Made by a program: the position numbers and the translations under genes. From assembly GCA_020638635.1 (NCBI GenBank), contig JACKIE010000011.1, forward strand, positions 914 to 64,913: a stretch of DNA of 64,000 bases, given 5' to 3'. Position 1 is the stretch's first letter. Each line of letters begins with the position of its first letter. The DNA is from Planctomycetota bacterium (GTDB lineage Bacteria; Planctomycetota; UBA8742; UBA2392). The notes under the pieces were generated by a model, which was not told the DNA's origin, did no database searches, and was given only the letters and a program-made list of their open reading frames with translations. Shown here piece after piece: positions 20,857 to 28,555 of this stretch.

Positions 20857-21372
20857 ATGAAGGGCTCCCGCCTGATCCATGCCTTCACCGACCTGTGCCT
20901 TGGCGTGCTGGTGGGCACGGCCGTGGGCACCAGCGTGGCCGCCAGCGTGATTTTCGGCGTCTCGCGCGAGCAAGGCTTCCCCAAGCACATCGCCAACACC
21001 CTGGCCGGCACCATCTTCGACCGGCTGGGCTGGCCGATGCTGGTGACGGCCCTGGTGGCGACCGTGGGCTGCCTGTACGCGGCCCGGGCGGGGCGGGCCT
21101 TCAAGATCATGGCTGCGGCTTCGCTGCTGATGCTGGCCTGCGCCGGCCTGACCCAGTTCTGGTTCGCGCCCCGCATGGCCGAATTGCGCGAAAACAGCAC
21201 CTGGGTGAACGGCGAGCTGGCCGACGAGGCCGAGCGCGCCGAGTTCCGGCGCAGCCACGGCTACAGCATGGCGGTAAGCGGTTTGGCGACCCTGATCGCG
21301 GCCGGGTTGATTGTGGGCCGTCGGTTGGCGGGTGACGGTGACGCAAGGAAGACGAAATCGGGCTTGAAATAG
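20857..21372 (+). CDS. DUF4149/TMEM205-like four-helix membrane protein
   Basis: The ATG at 20857 (MKGSRLIHAFTDLCLGVLVG...) gives a 171-aa hydrophobic protein. The family call rests on size and topology resemblance plus FRRSHGYSM. Confidence 0.5.
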   Translation: MKGSRLIHAFTDLCLGVLVGTAVGTSVAASVIFGVSREQGFPKHIANTLAGTIFDRLGWPMLVTALVATVGCLYAARAGRAFKIMAAASLLMLACAGLTQFWFAPRMAELRENSTWVNGELADEAERAEFRRSHGYSMAVSGLATLIAAGLIVGRRLAGDGDARKTKSGLK

Positions 21373-21465
21373 GTTTTGGGCAGGTTATCGTCAATTGTCC
21401 CCCGCCAGACATTACCCCTAGCAGATTGACCCCTGGGTCAGACCCTTGGATTGATGGGGAGTATC

Positions 21466-21678
21466 ATGCGTAAGTCTGTTGCAGTGCTGCTGCTGGTGTT
21501 TGTGGGCTCGATGCTGAGCGGCTGCTTCTCGTTCGTGGACTGGACCCACAACCTGAATCACCTTCGTGCGTGGAATGAAGACCTGGACAACATGCACCGC
21601 ACGATGGACCGGTTCTTCTTCAACTACGACTACGATGACCCCAGCCGGGACATCGAGTACGAAGGCCCGAACACCTAG
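21466..21678 (+). CDS. Small lipoprotein (70 aa)
   Basis: MRKSVAVLLLVFVGSMLSGC carries a lipobox. A strong intrinsic terminator follows immediately (21700-21737). Confidence 0.55.
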   Translation: MRKSVAVLLLVFVGSMLSGCFSFVDWTHNLNHLRAWNEDLDNMHRTMDRFFFNYDYDDPSRDIEYEGPNT

Positions 21679-21699
21679 GCAGGTGATCGCCACCATTCC

Positions 21700-21737
21700 C
21701 GCGCAGCGCCCCCCACGGGCGCTGCGCGTTTCTTTTT
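21700..21737 (+). terminator. Rho-independent terminator
   Basis: CGCGCAGCGCCC-CCCAC-GGGCGCTGCGCG: a perfect 12-bp stem followed by TTTCTTTTT. Confidence 0.8.
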
Positions 21738-21798
21738 CCGCACAGACGCGGCCGGTTGCGCGGGACGCCCTGCAAGCGTCCCGCTATCATCCCGGCCC

Positions 21799-23130
21799 AT
21801 GACGCAGCTCAAGCGCACGGTGGGTGTGGGTGGCGCAGTGCTGCTGGGCCTGGGCTCCATCGTCGGCACCGGCATCTTTGTCAGCCTGCCGATCGCCTAC
21901 TCGACGGCGGGCGCTTTCGCCCTGCCGGCCGTGTTGGTCGCTGCCGGAGTCGCGATGTGCAACGGGCTCAGCTCTGCGCAGCTGGCGGCGGCGCACCCGG
22001 TCAGCGGCGGCACCTACGAATACGCCTATCGGCTGATGTCCGGGCGCGCGGGCTTTACCGCCGGCTGGATGTTCCTGGTCGCGAAATCCGCCAGCGCCGC
22101 CACGGCGGCGCTCGGCTTTTCCACCTATCTGCTTCAGCCGTTTCACGAGGCCGACAACCGCTGGGCGGTGACGGGGCTTTCCCTGGGCGTGGTGGCGGCG
22201 CTAACGCTGCTGGTGTTGTCGGGTCTGCGCCGCAGCAACTGGCTGAACGCGCTGCTGGTGTGCGTCACGGTCGGCTCGCTGCTGTTGTTCGTGGGCGCCG
22301 GCCTGCCCCGGACTCTCAGCGCTCCGGGCGAGCCCTTCTTCAACGGCGGCGTCCCCGCCTTGCTGGAGTCCTGCGCCCTGCTGTTCGTCGCGTTTACGGG
22401 CTACGGGCGCATCGCCACCATGGGCGAAGAGATCACGAATCCTGGGCGCAACATACCTCGTGCCGTGATCGTCACGCTGGCGGTATCAGCCCTGTTGTAC
22501 CTGTCGGTGGCCTTCGTGCTGGTTGCCTACCCGACGAAACCGTCGCAGGCCATTGAATGGTTGACGCTACAGCAGCAGGCCGAGGCGTTTGGTGTGGGCT
22601 GGATTCCGCGTGCAATCGGTGTCGGCGCCATGGTGGCCATGCTGGGCGTGCTGCTGAACCTGGTGCTGGGGCTGAGCCGCGTGTGGCTGGCCATGGGGCG
22701 GCGCGGCGACATGCCGCGCGTGCTGGCGCGCGTGAACGCCAGCGGCACCACGCCGGTGCCGGCCGTGATCCTGACCGGCCTGGTGATCGCCGGGCTGGTG
22801 CTGATCGGCGACGTGAAAAAGACCTGGAGCTTCAGCGCGTTCACGGTGCTGGTGTACTACGCCTTCACCAACGCCAGCGCGCTGCTGCTGCCGCGCGAGC
22901 AGCGCCGCTACCCGGCCTGGATCGGCGTGGCGGGCCTGGCAAGCTGCCTGTTCCTGGCCTTCTGGGTCGAGTGGCAGGTCTGGGCCATCGGCCTCGGGCT
23001 GATTGCGTTTGGACTGGTCTGGCACGCCGCTGCAGGATCACTCTTTCGTCGTGTGTCCGGAGAACAGCGAATTACCAATAACCAGTTACCAATTTCCAAT
23101 GAGGCTGCTGACTCGCAACACAAGGGTTAG
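21799..23130 (+). CDS. APC-family amino acid permease
   Basis: 443 aa with about 12 TM segments. The N-terminal APC signature is GAVLLGLGSIVGTGIFVSLP. The last ~23 codons are encoded by a half-copy of the palindromic repeat. Confidence 0.85.
   Translation: MTQLKRTVGVGGAVLLGLGSIVGTGIFVSLPIAYSTAGAFALPAVLVAAGVAMCNGLSSAQLAAAHPVSGGTYEYAYRLMSGRAGFTAGWMFLVAKSASAATAALGFSTYLLQPFHEADNRWAVTGLSLGVVAALTLLVLSGLRRSNWLNALLVCVTVGSLLLFVGAGLPRTLSAPGEPFFNGGVPALLESCALLFVAFTGYGRIATMGEEITNPGRNIPRAVIVTLAVSALLYLSVAFVLVAYPTKPSQAIEWLTLQQQAEAFGVGWIPRAIGVGAMVAMLGVLLNLVLGLSRVWLAMGRRGDMPRVLARVNASGTTPVPAVILTGLVIAGLVLIGDVKKTWSFSAFTVLVYYAFTNASALLLPREQRRYPAWIGVAGLASCLFLAFWVEWQVWAIGLGLIAFGLVWHAAAGSLFRRVSGEQRITNNQLPISNEAADSQHKG
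23062..23103. repeat. AT-rich palindromic element, copy B (left arm only)
   Basis: GAACAGCGAATTACCAATAACCAGTTACCAATTTCCAATGAGG matches the left arm of copies A, C and D. No right arm follows. Confidence 0.8.
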
Positions 23131-23144
23131 CTGACAGCAAAGAC

Positions 23145-23300
23145 AAGCTCACGCGAAGGCGCCAAGGCGCGGAGAACTGCCTGCCCGCGTTTCGCCCTCC
23201 TTTGCGCCTTCGCGCCCCCGCGTGGCCAACCGCCTTTGCCTCTTTTGGCAAGCCGCCGCACAGGACAGACTTCGCGGTCCTTTGCGGTTCTTCGCGGTTT
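23145..23300. repeat. Intergenic motif cluster shared with 38930-39230 (GCGCCAAGGCGC / CTTTGCGCCTT-GCGCCCCCGCGTGGCC family)
   Basis: CTCACGCGAAGGCGCCAAGGCGCGGAGAACTGC and CTTTGCGCCTTCGCGCCCCCGCGTGGCC have near-identical counterparts at about 38931-38963 and 39128-39155. Confidence 0.6.
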
Positions 23301-23367
23301 CATCCGGGAATTCGCTGCTTCCTTCCCCACTGCAACTCTCGTGCGTCATCCCTAGACTGGAGGCTGC

Positions 23368-24714
23368 ATGATCGAGCTGCCCAACATCCCGGCCGTGGCC
23401 TTGGCGAAACGCGTGGTGCGCACCCTGCGCGCCGCCGGCCATGAGGCTTTGCTGGCGGGCGGCTGCGTGCGCGACCTGGCGCTCAAGCGCGAGCCCAAGG
23501 ACTACGACGTCGCCACCAGCGCCACGCCCGACCAGGTCGAGGCCCTGTTCCCGCGCACCGTCGCGGTCGGCAAGGCCTTCGGCGTGATCAAGGTGCTGGA
23601 CGAAACCATCGAGGGCCTCGACGTCGAGGTCGCCACCTTCCGCTTTGACGGTCCCTACCTCGACGGCCGTCACCCCAGCTCCGTGCGCTTCACCGGCGCG
23701 GCCGAAGACGCCGCGCGCCGCGACTTCACCATCAACGCGCTGTTTCTCGACCCGGAGAGCGGCGAGGTGCACGATTACGTCGGCGGTCTCAAGGATCTCG
23801 ACGCCCGCGTGATCCGCGCCGTGGGCGACCCGCGCGTGCGCTTCAAAGAAGACAAGCTGCGCCTGCTGCGCGCGGTGCGCTTTGCCGCCGGCCTGAACTT
23901 CGACATTGACGACGCAACGTTGCAGGCCGTGGGCGACATGAGCGCCGAGATCAAGGTAGTCAGCGCCGAGCGCATCCAGGCCGAGTTGAGCCGCCTGCTG
24001 ACCACGCGCGGCCAGAGCCGCGGCTTCAAGCTGATGCTCGAAACCGGGCTGCTGGACGCGATTTTGCCCGAGATCAGCGCCATGGTGGGCGTGCAACAGC
24101 CGCCGGAGTTCCACCCCGAGGGCGACGTGTGGGTGCACACCATGCTGGCGCTGGACTTGATGCCGCACCCGGTCAGCCTCACGCTGGCGCTGGGCGTGCT
24201 GCTGCATGACGTGGGCAAGCCGCCGACCTTCGACGACTCGACGGACCGCATCCGCTTCAACGGCCACGACAAGCTGGGCGCGGAGATGGCGGGCGAGATT
24301 TTACGTCGCCTGAAATTCCCGACCGAGGTGATCACCCGCGTGCAGTCGCTGGTGGAGGATCACCTGCGCTTCATCAACGTGCCGAAGATGAAGACCGCCA
24401 CGCTCAAGCGTTTTGTGCGCAAGCTGCATTTTGACGAAGACCTTGAGCTGCACCGCATCGACTGCCTGGCCGGCCCCGGCACGCTGGAGACTTACACGTA
24501 CGTGCTGGCCAAGCTGCACGAGTTCGAGCGCGAGCCCGAGAAGCTGAAGCCGAAGCTGCCCATCGACGGCAACGACCTGAAAGCGCTGGGGCTGCCGCCC
24601 GGCCCGCGTTACAAAGAGCTGCTCACGGCCGTGGAGGACGAAATCCTCGAAGGCCGCCTCGAAACGCGGGAGCAGGCGCTGGAGTTCGTAAAGCAGCAAG
24701 CCGGTTTGTCTTGA
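23368..24714 (+). CDS. cca: CCA-adding tRNA nucleotidyltransferase with C-terminal HD domain
   Basis: 448 aa with GGCVRDLALKREPKDYDVATSATPDQV and RRDFTINALF (class II nucleotidyltransferase head), plus HD-domain residues LLHDVGKP. Confidence 0.9.
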   Translation: MIELPNIPAVALAKRVVRTLRAAGHEALLAGGCVRDLALKREPKDYDVATSATPDQVEALFPRTVAVGKAFGVIKVLDETIEGLDVEVATFRFDGPYLDGRHPSSVRFTGAAEDAARRDFTINALFLDPESGEVHDYVGGLKDLDARVIRAVGDPRVRFKEDKLRLLRAVRFAAGLNFDIDDATLQAVGDMSAEIKVVSAERIQAELSRLLTTRGQSRGFKLMLETGLLDAILPEISAMVGVQQPPEFHPEGDVWVHTMLALDLMPHPVSLTLALGVLLHDVGKPPTFDDSTDRIRFNGHDKLGAEMAGEILRRLKFPTEVITRVQSLVEDHLRFINVPKMKTATLKRFVRKLHFDEDLELHRIDCLAGPGTLETYTYVLAKLHEFEREPEKLKPKLPIDGNDLKALGLPPGPRYKELLTAVEDEILEGRLETREQALEFVKQQAGLS

Positions 24715-24944
24715 GCGGACGAAGCAGAGTCTTGTGTACGGCTGTCTGACGACGTGTCGGTGGAGTCGAGAACGCCGGGCGGGCAGGCATGACTTGCCAA
24801 TCCTCGCTTGCATGACTGTGTAACTCGGCGTATTGCAATGAAATGCCCTTGAGAGAAATAAATAGCATAAATCTTGACTGCGTATTGTGAACCAAAGAAG
24901 CTTTCAGGCTGTGCAGGTTGTCCCCTTCCCCGAGGAGAACCGAA

Positions 24945-27203
24945 ATGGCCCGTTCACCACTCAGCGTTGTACTTGCGCTGATCCCTCCGGCCGCCGTGTT
25001 GTGCCTGCCTTTGGCGCTGTTGACGGTCCACGCCGATGACCCGCCGGGGCCCGGCCCGGTTGATCAACCTGCTCGACCGCGGAACTCCGCGGACGACAAG
25101 GCCGCAAGAAAGGCGCGCGGCCGCCCCGAACGACAAGCGCTGGCGACCGTTGCCGTGAAACTGTCGGATGGCGTTGATGCCACCGCCGTTGCGCGGCGAC
25201 ACGGCGCGACGGTTGATTTTCAACTTGCGTCCCTGCCCGGCTGGTACCAGCTCCGATTTGCTGACGCTCCAGCCGCTGAAAGTGCTCTGCCGGCGCTGGT
25301 TGCCGACGCGGACGTCATCCAGGCGCGGCAGCAGTACCAGAGCCGCGCCGCGCGCAAGACCAACGACACCTACTACAGCCAGCAATGGCACCTGGAGAAT
25401 ACCGGCCAGTCGGGCGGCACGGCGGGCAAGGACGTCAAACCCGCCGGAGCCTGGGCTGCAAACTACACCGGCAGCGGCGTGATGGTTTCCATCGTGGATG
25501 ACGGTGTGGAAACCGCGCACCCGGACCTCGCCGCCGGTTACAACCCAGCCTATGCCTACGACTACGTGGACAACGACGCCAACCCGAATCCCGTGCTTGC
25601 CAACGACACGCACGGGACGGCCGTTGGCGGCCTGGCAATCGCGCGCGGGGAAAACAGCCTGGGCGTGGCGGGAGTGGCATACAACGCGAACTGGACCGCC
25701 GTCCGGCTGCTGGGAACCGGAATTTCGGACTCGACCGAAGCGTCGGCGCTCGGCCATGCCCTGGCCAACGTGGACGTCTACAATAACAGCTGGGGCGCGC
25801 CGGACACCGGAGACTACGAGGAAATCGGCCCCCTCGCCAAGGCCGCCATTGAGAACGGAGTAGCAACGGGGCGCGGCGGAAAAGGCGCGATTTACGTCTG
25901 GGCGGGCGGCAACGGCGACGCGTGGGGCGATGATTCGAACCTCGACGGCTACGCCGCAATGCCCGAAACCATCGCGACGGCCGCCATCAACGACAACTTC
26001 AACGGCAGCTCTTACTCGGAGGCCGGCGCGAACATATTGGTGACGGCGCCGGGCGGCGAGTCCGACATGTTTACCTCCGACATCACCGGCGCCGGCGGCT
26101 ACAACGACGGCACGGTGTTTGCCGACTCGAACTACACCAACGACTTCGACGGCACTTCGGCGGCTACCCCGGTGGTTACGGGCGTGGTGGCGCTGATGCT
26201 GCAGGCCAACCCGAACCTCACATGGCGCGACGTGCAGCACATCCTGGTGAACACGTCCGACCACTCCACCATCTCCGGCACCAGCTCGACCAACGCAGCC
26301 GGTTTCCAGGTGTCCGACCGCTGGGGCTTCGGCGTGGTCCGCGCTGACCGCGCGGCATCTCTTGCGTCAGCGTGGTCGAACGTGCCCGCGCGCCAGACAC
26401 TGAACTCGCCCGTGGACAGCCCCAACACGCCGATCCCCGACGCCAGCGCGCTCGGGGTCATCCGCAGCATTTCGGTGCCCAGCAACCTGTACATCGAGCA
26501 CGTGGTGGTGGAATTCACCACCAATCACACCTACTGGGGCGATCTGCGCATCACGCTGACCGCGCCCAGCTCGACTGTCAGCAGGCTGGCCGTGGCTTCC
26601 GGCGGCTGGGGGCCTGCAAGTTCAAGCACGTGGCGATTCCTCAGCACACGCCACTGGGGCGAACAGGCCCAGGGCAACTGGACGCTGCGCGTCGTGGACG
26701 AGGTTGCCGTGGACATCGGCGATCTCCAGTCCTGGCGCATCTACTTCTACGGCACCGCAACGCCGCCGAATCAGCCGGCCAGCATCGCAAACACCAGCCT
26801 CAGCGACGGCACCACCGGCCTGGGATACAACCACGCGTTCCAATACAACAGCACATCAACCCAGGTGGTCTGGAGCCTCTCCGGCTCCGTCCCCCCGGGG
26901 CTCTCCATCAACACCGCCAACGGTGTATTGAGCGGGACTCCCTCCCTGGCGGGAACTTTCAACTTCACCGTGACCGGCACCGGATCCGTGCCGCCATCCA
27001 CCGCAAGCGCTAACGTCACCCTCAACGTCATCCAGGGCACTGCCCCTCCACCCGGCGGCGGATTGAACGGTGGCGGCGGAGGAGGCGGCGGAGGGTGCAG
27101 CGCGGGCAACCCAGGCTTACCCACGGGTGCGGCACTCGCCTTGTTCGGCGCCGTGGCATGGCTGCGGCGCCGGCGCCGGCGGCCGGAAGGAAATTCAGCC
27201 TGA
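24945..27203 (+). CDS. Secreted subtilisin/kexin-like S8 protease with P-domain, Ig-like domain and a Cys-TM-Arg C-terminal sorting tail
   Basis: ATG at 24945 with GAGGAG upstream, and a signal peptide. The catalytic D/H/S contexts are VSIVDDGVETAHPDL, HGTAVGG and GTSAATPVVTG. The P-domain-like segment is HTYWGDLRITLTAPSSTVSRL. The tail is GGGGGGGCSAGNPGLPTGAALALFGAVAWLRRRRRRP. Confidence 0.88.
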   Translation: MARSPLSVVLALIPPAAVLCLPLALLTVHADDPPGPGPVDQPARPRNSADDKAARKARGRPERQALATVAVKLSDGVDATAVARRHGATVDFQLASLPGWYQLRFADAPAAESALPALVADADVIQARQQYQSRAARKTNDTYYSQQWHLENTGQSGGTAGKDVKPAGAWAANYTGSGVMVSIVDDGVETAHPDLAAGYNPAYAYDYVDNDANPNPVLANDTHGTAVGGLAIARGENSLGVAGVAYNANWTAVRLLGTGISDSTEASALGHALANVDVYNNSWGAPDTGDYEEIGPLAKAAIENGVATGRGGKGAIYVWAGGNGDAWGDDSNLDGYAAMPETIATAAINDNFNGSSYSEAGANILVTAPGGESDMFTSDITGAGGYNDGTVFADSNYTNDFDGTSAATPVVTGVVALMLQANPNLTWRDVQHILVNTSDHSTISGTSSTNAAGFQVSDRWGFGVVRADRAASLASAWSNVPARQTLNSPVDSPNTPIPDASALGVIRSISVPSNLYIEHVVVEFTTNHTYWGDLRITLTAPSSTVSRLAVASGGWGPASSSTWRFLSTRHWGEQAQGNWTLRVVDEVAVDIGDLQSWRIYFYGTATPPNQPASIANTSLSDGTTGLGYNHAFQYNSTSTQVVWSLSGSVPPGLSINTANGVLSGTPSLAGTFNFTVTGTGSVPPSTASANVTLNVIQGTAPPPGGGLNGGGGGGGGGCSAGNPGLPTGAALALFGAVAWLRRRRRRPEGNSA

Positions 27204-27218
27204 GGTCAGATGTCCACC

Positions 27219-27243
27219 GCAAGCCGGCGGGGTTGCAGTTTTT
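27219..27243 (+). terminator. Probable intrinsic terminator after the protease gene
   Basis: GCAAGCC-GGC-GGGGTTGC stem (one mismatch) followed by AGTTTTT. Confidence 0.45.
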
Positions 27244-27297
27244 CTTCGTGGTCCTTGGTGGTCCTTCGTGGTTAAAACCATTAGCAGGAGGCCGCAC

Positions 27298-27765
27298 ATG
27301 GACCGTGAACGGTTGATCAACACCATCAAGCTGACCAAGCTGTTTTTCGACAAGTCCACCAGCAAGCTGGAAGAGGCCGACAGCGGCTTCGCGCCCAAGC
27401 CCGGCATGTACACGGTTGCGCACCAGGTGGCCCACGTGGCCCAGACCATCGACTGGTTCCTGCAGGGCGCCTTCAGCGCATCCGGCATGGACATGGACTT
27501 CGCCAAACACCACCAGCACATCACGGCCTGCAACAGCCTGACCCAGGCGCGCGCCTGGCACGAGAAGGCAAGCAACGAGCTGCTGCAGAAGCTGGCCGAG
27601 CTGCCGGAAGAGGAATGGAGCAAGCCGATCGCCGGCCCCATCATGGGCGGCTTCCCGCGCACCAGCATCGTCGGCGGCATCGAGGAACACACCAGCCACC
27701 ACCGCGGCGCGCTCGCCGTTTACCAGCGCCTGCTCGACAAAGTGCCCGAGATGCCCTACGCGTAG
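27298..27765 (+). CDS. DinB-family protein
   Basis: 155 aa from the ATG at 27298, with the His triad contexts HQVAHVAQTIDW and GGIEEHTSHHRGAL typical of the DinB superfamily. Confidence 0.75.
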   Translation: MDRERLINTIKLTKLFFDKSTSKLEEADSGFAPKPGMYTVAHQVAHVAQTIDWFLQGAFSASGMDMDFAKHHQHITACNSLTQARAWHEKASNELLQKLAELPEEEWSKPIAGPIMGGFPRTSIVGGIEEHTSHHRGALAVYQRLLDKVPEMPYA

Positions 27766-27795
27766 GGGGCGCTTGCCGGTTGTGGTTTGCGGGTT

Positions 27796-27898
27796 GAACA
27801 GCAAATTACCAATAACCAATTTTCAATTACCAATGGCCGCTCTCTGCGGACCCCGCTGAATTGGTCATTGGTAGTTGGTTATTGGTAGTTCGCTGTTC
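27796..27898. repeat. AT-rich palindromic element, copy C (full length, 103 bp)
   Basis: GAACAGCAAATTACCAATAACCAATTTTCAATTACCAATGG - centre CCGCTCTCTGCGGACCCCGCTGAATTGGT - CATTGGTAGTTGGTTATTGGTAGTTCGCTGTTC. Confidence 0.9.
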
Positions 27899-27943
27899 CG
27901 AACCACCCGGCACACCGCCACCATCGAAAAACCGCTCCCTCCT

Positions 27944-27970
27944 TGTCACAACCCGCCCGCCCTGTTCGTC
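27944..27970 (+). promoter_or_regulatory. ECF41-type sigma-factor promoter (TGTCACA-N16-CGTC)
   Basis: TGTCACA (27944-27950), a 16-nt spacer, then CGTC (27967-27970). The ATG of the CMD-family gene lies 21 nt downstream, and that gene is followed by an ECF41-type sigma factor. Confidence 0.7.
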
Positions 27971-27991
27971 CTCTCTTTGAAGGAGACGACT

Positions 27992-28555
27992 ATGGCTCGC
28001 ATCGAAGGTTCCAACCCGCGTGGTGTTTACCAGCGCGCCGTGTTCTGGTTCATGAAGCGTGTGCTCGGGCGCGTGCCTGAGCCCGTCAAAATCCTGGCGT
28101 TCAGCCCGACCGTGTTCAAAGGCCGCACCGGCATGGAGCGCGCCCTGATGACGCTGTCCGTGCCGCCCGGCCTGGTCACGCTGGCGCAGATCCGCGTGGC
28201 CCAGCGCATCGGCTGCCCCTTCTGAGTGGACATCAACTCTGCCGTGGGCAGCAAGTCGGGTCTCACACACGCGCGCATCGCGGCCCTGGCCGACTGGCGC
28301 AACAGCGACGTCTTCAACAGCATCGAGCGCGACGTGCTCGCCCTGGCCGACGCCATCACCGACACCCCCGCCAACGTGGACGAGGGCCTGTTCGGCCGCC
28401 TGCTGATCGCGCTGGGGCCGCGGCAGCTGGTCGAGCTGACCAACGCCATCGGCTGGGAAAACCTGCGCGCCCGCACCAACCGCGTGTTTGACGCGCAATC
28501 GGAAAGCTACTACGACGGCGCCCTGTGTATGCTGCCGGCCAGAAAGGTCGCGTGA
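27992..28555 (+). CDS. Carboxymuconolactone decarboxylase/AhpD-like family protein with in-frame UGA (28223-28225), a candidate selenoprotein (CxxU)
   Basis: ATG at 27992 with AGGAG at 27981. Two same-frame track ORFs (to 28225, and from 28226) are joined only by TGA, within RIGCPF[TGA]VDIN at the family's CxxC position. A hairpin lies at 28236-28256. The stop overlaps the sigma start (TGATG). Confidence 0.6.
28236..28256 (+). promoter_or_regulatory. SECIS-like hairpin downstream of UGA 28223
   Basis: ACTCTGCC-GTG-GGCAG(CA)AGT: 8 bp with a 2-nt bulge, starting 10 nt after the UGA. Its core is shared with 48840-48858. Confidence 0.5.

Noticed and set aside
24715-24944. Sigma-70-type promoter (TTGCAA-N18-ATAAAT) in the AT-rich region upstream of the S8 protease
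   Set aside because: It matches only 4/6 in each hexamer with suboptimal spacing, which is too weak to call without transcript data.
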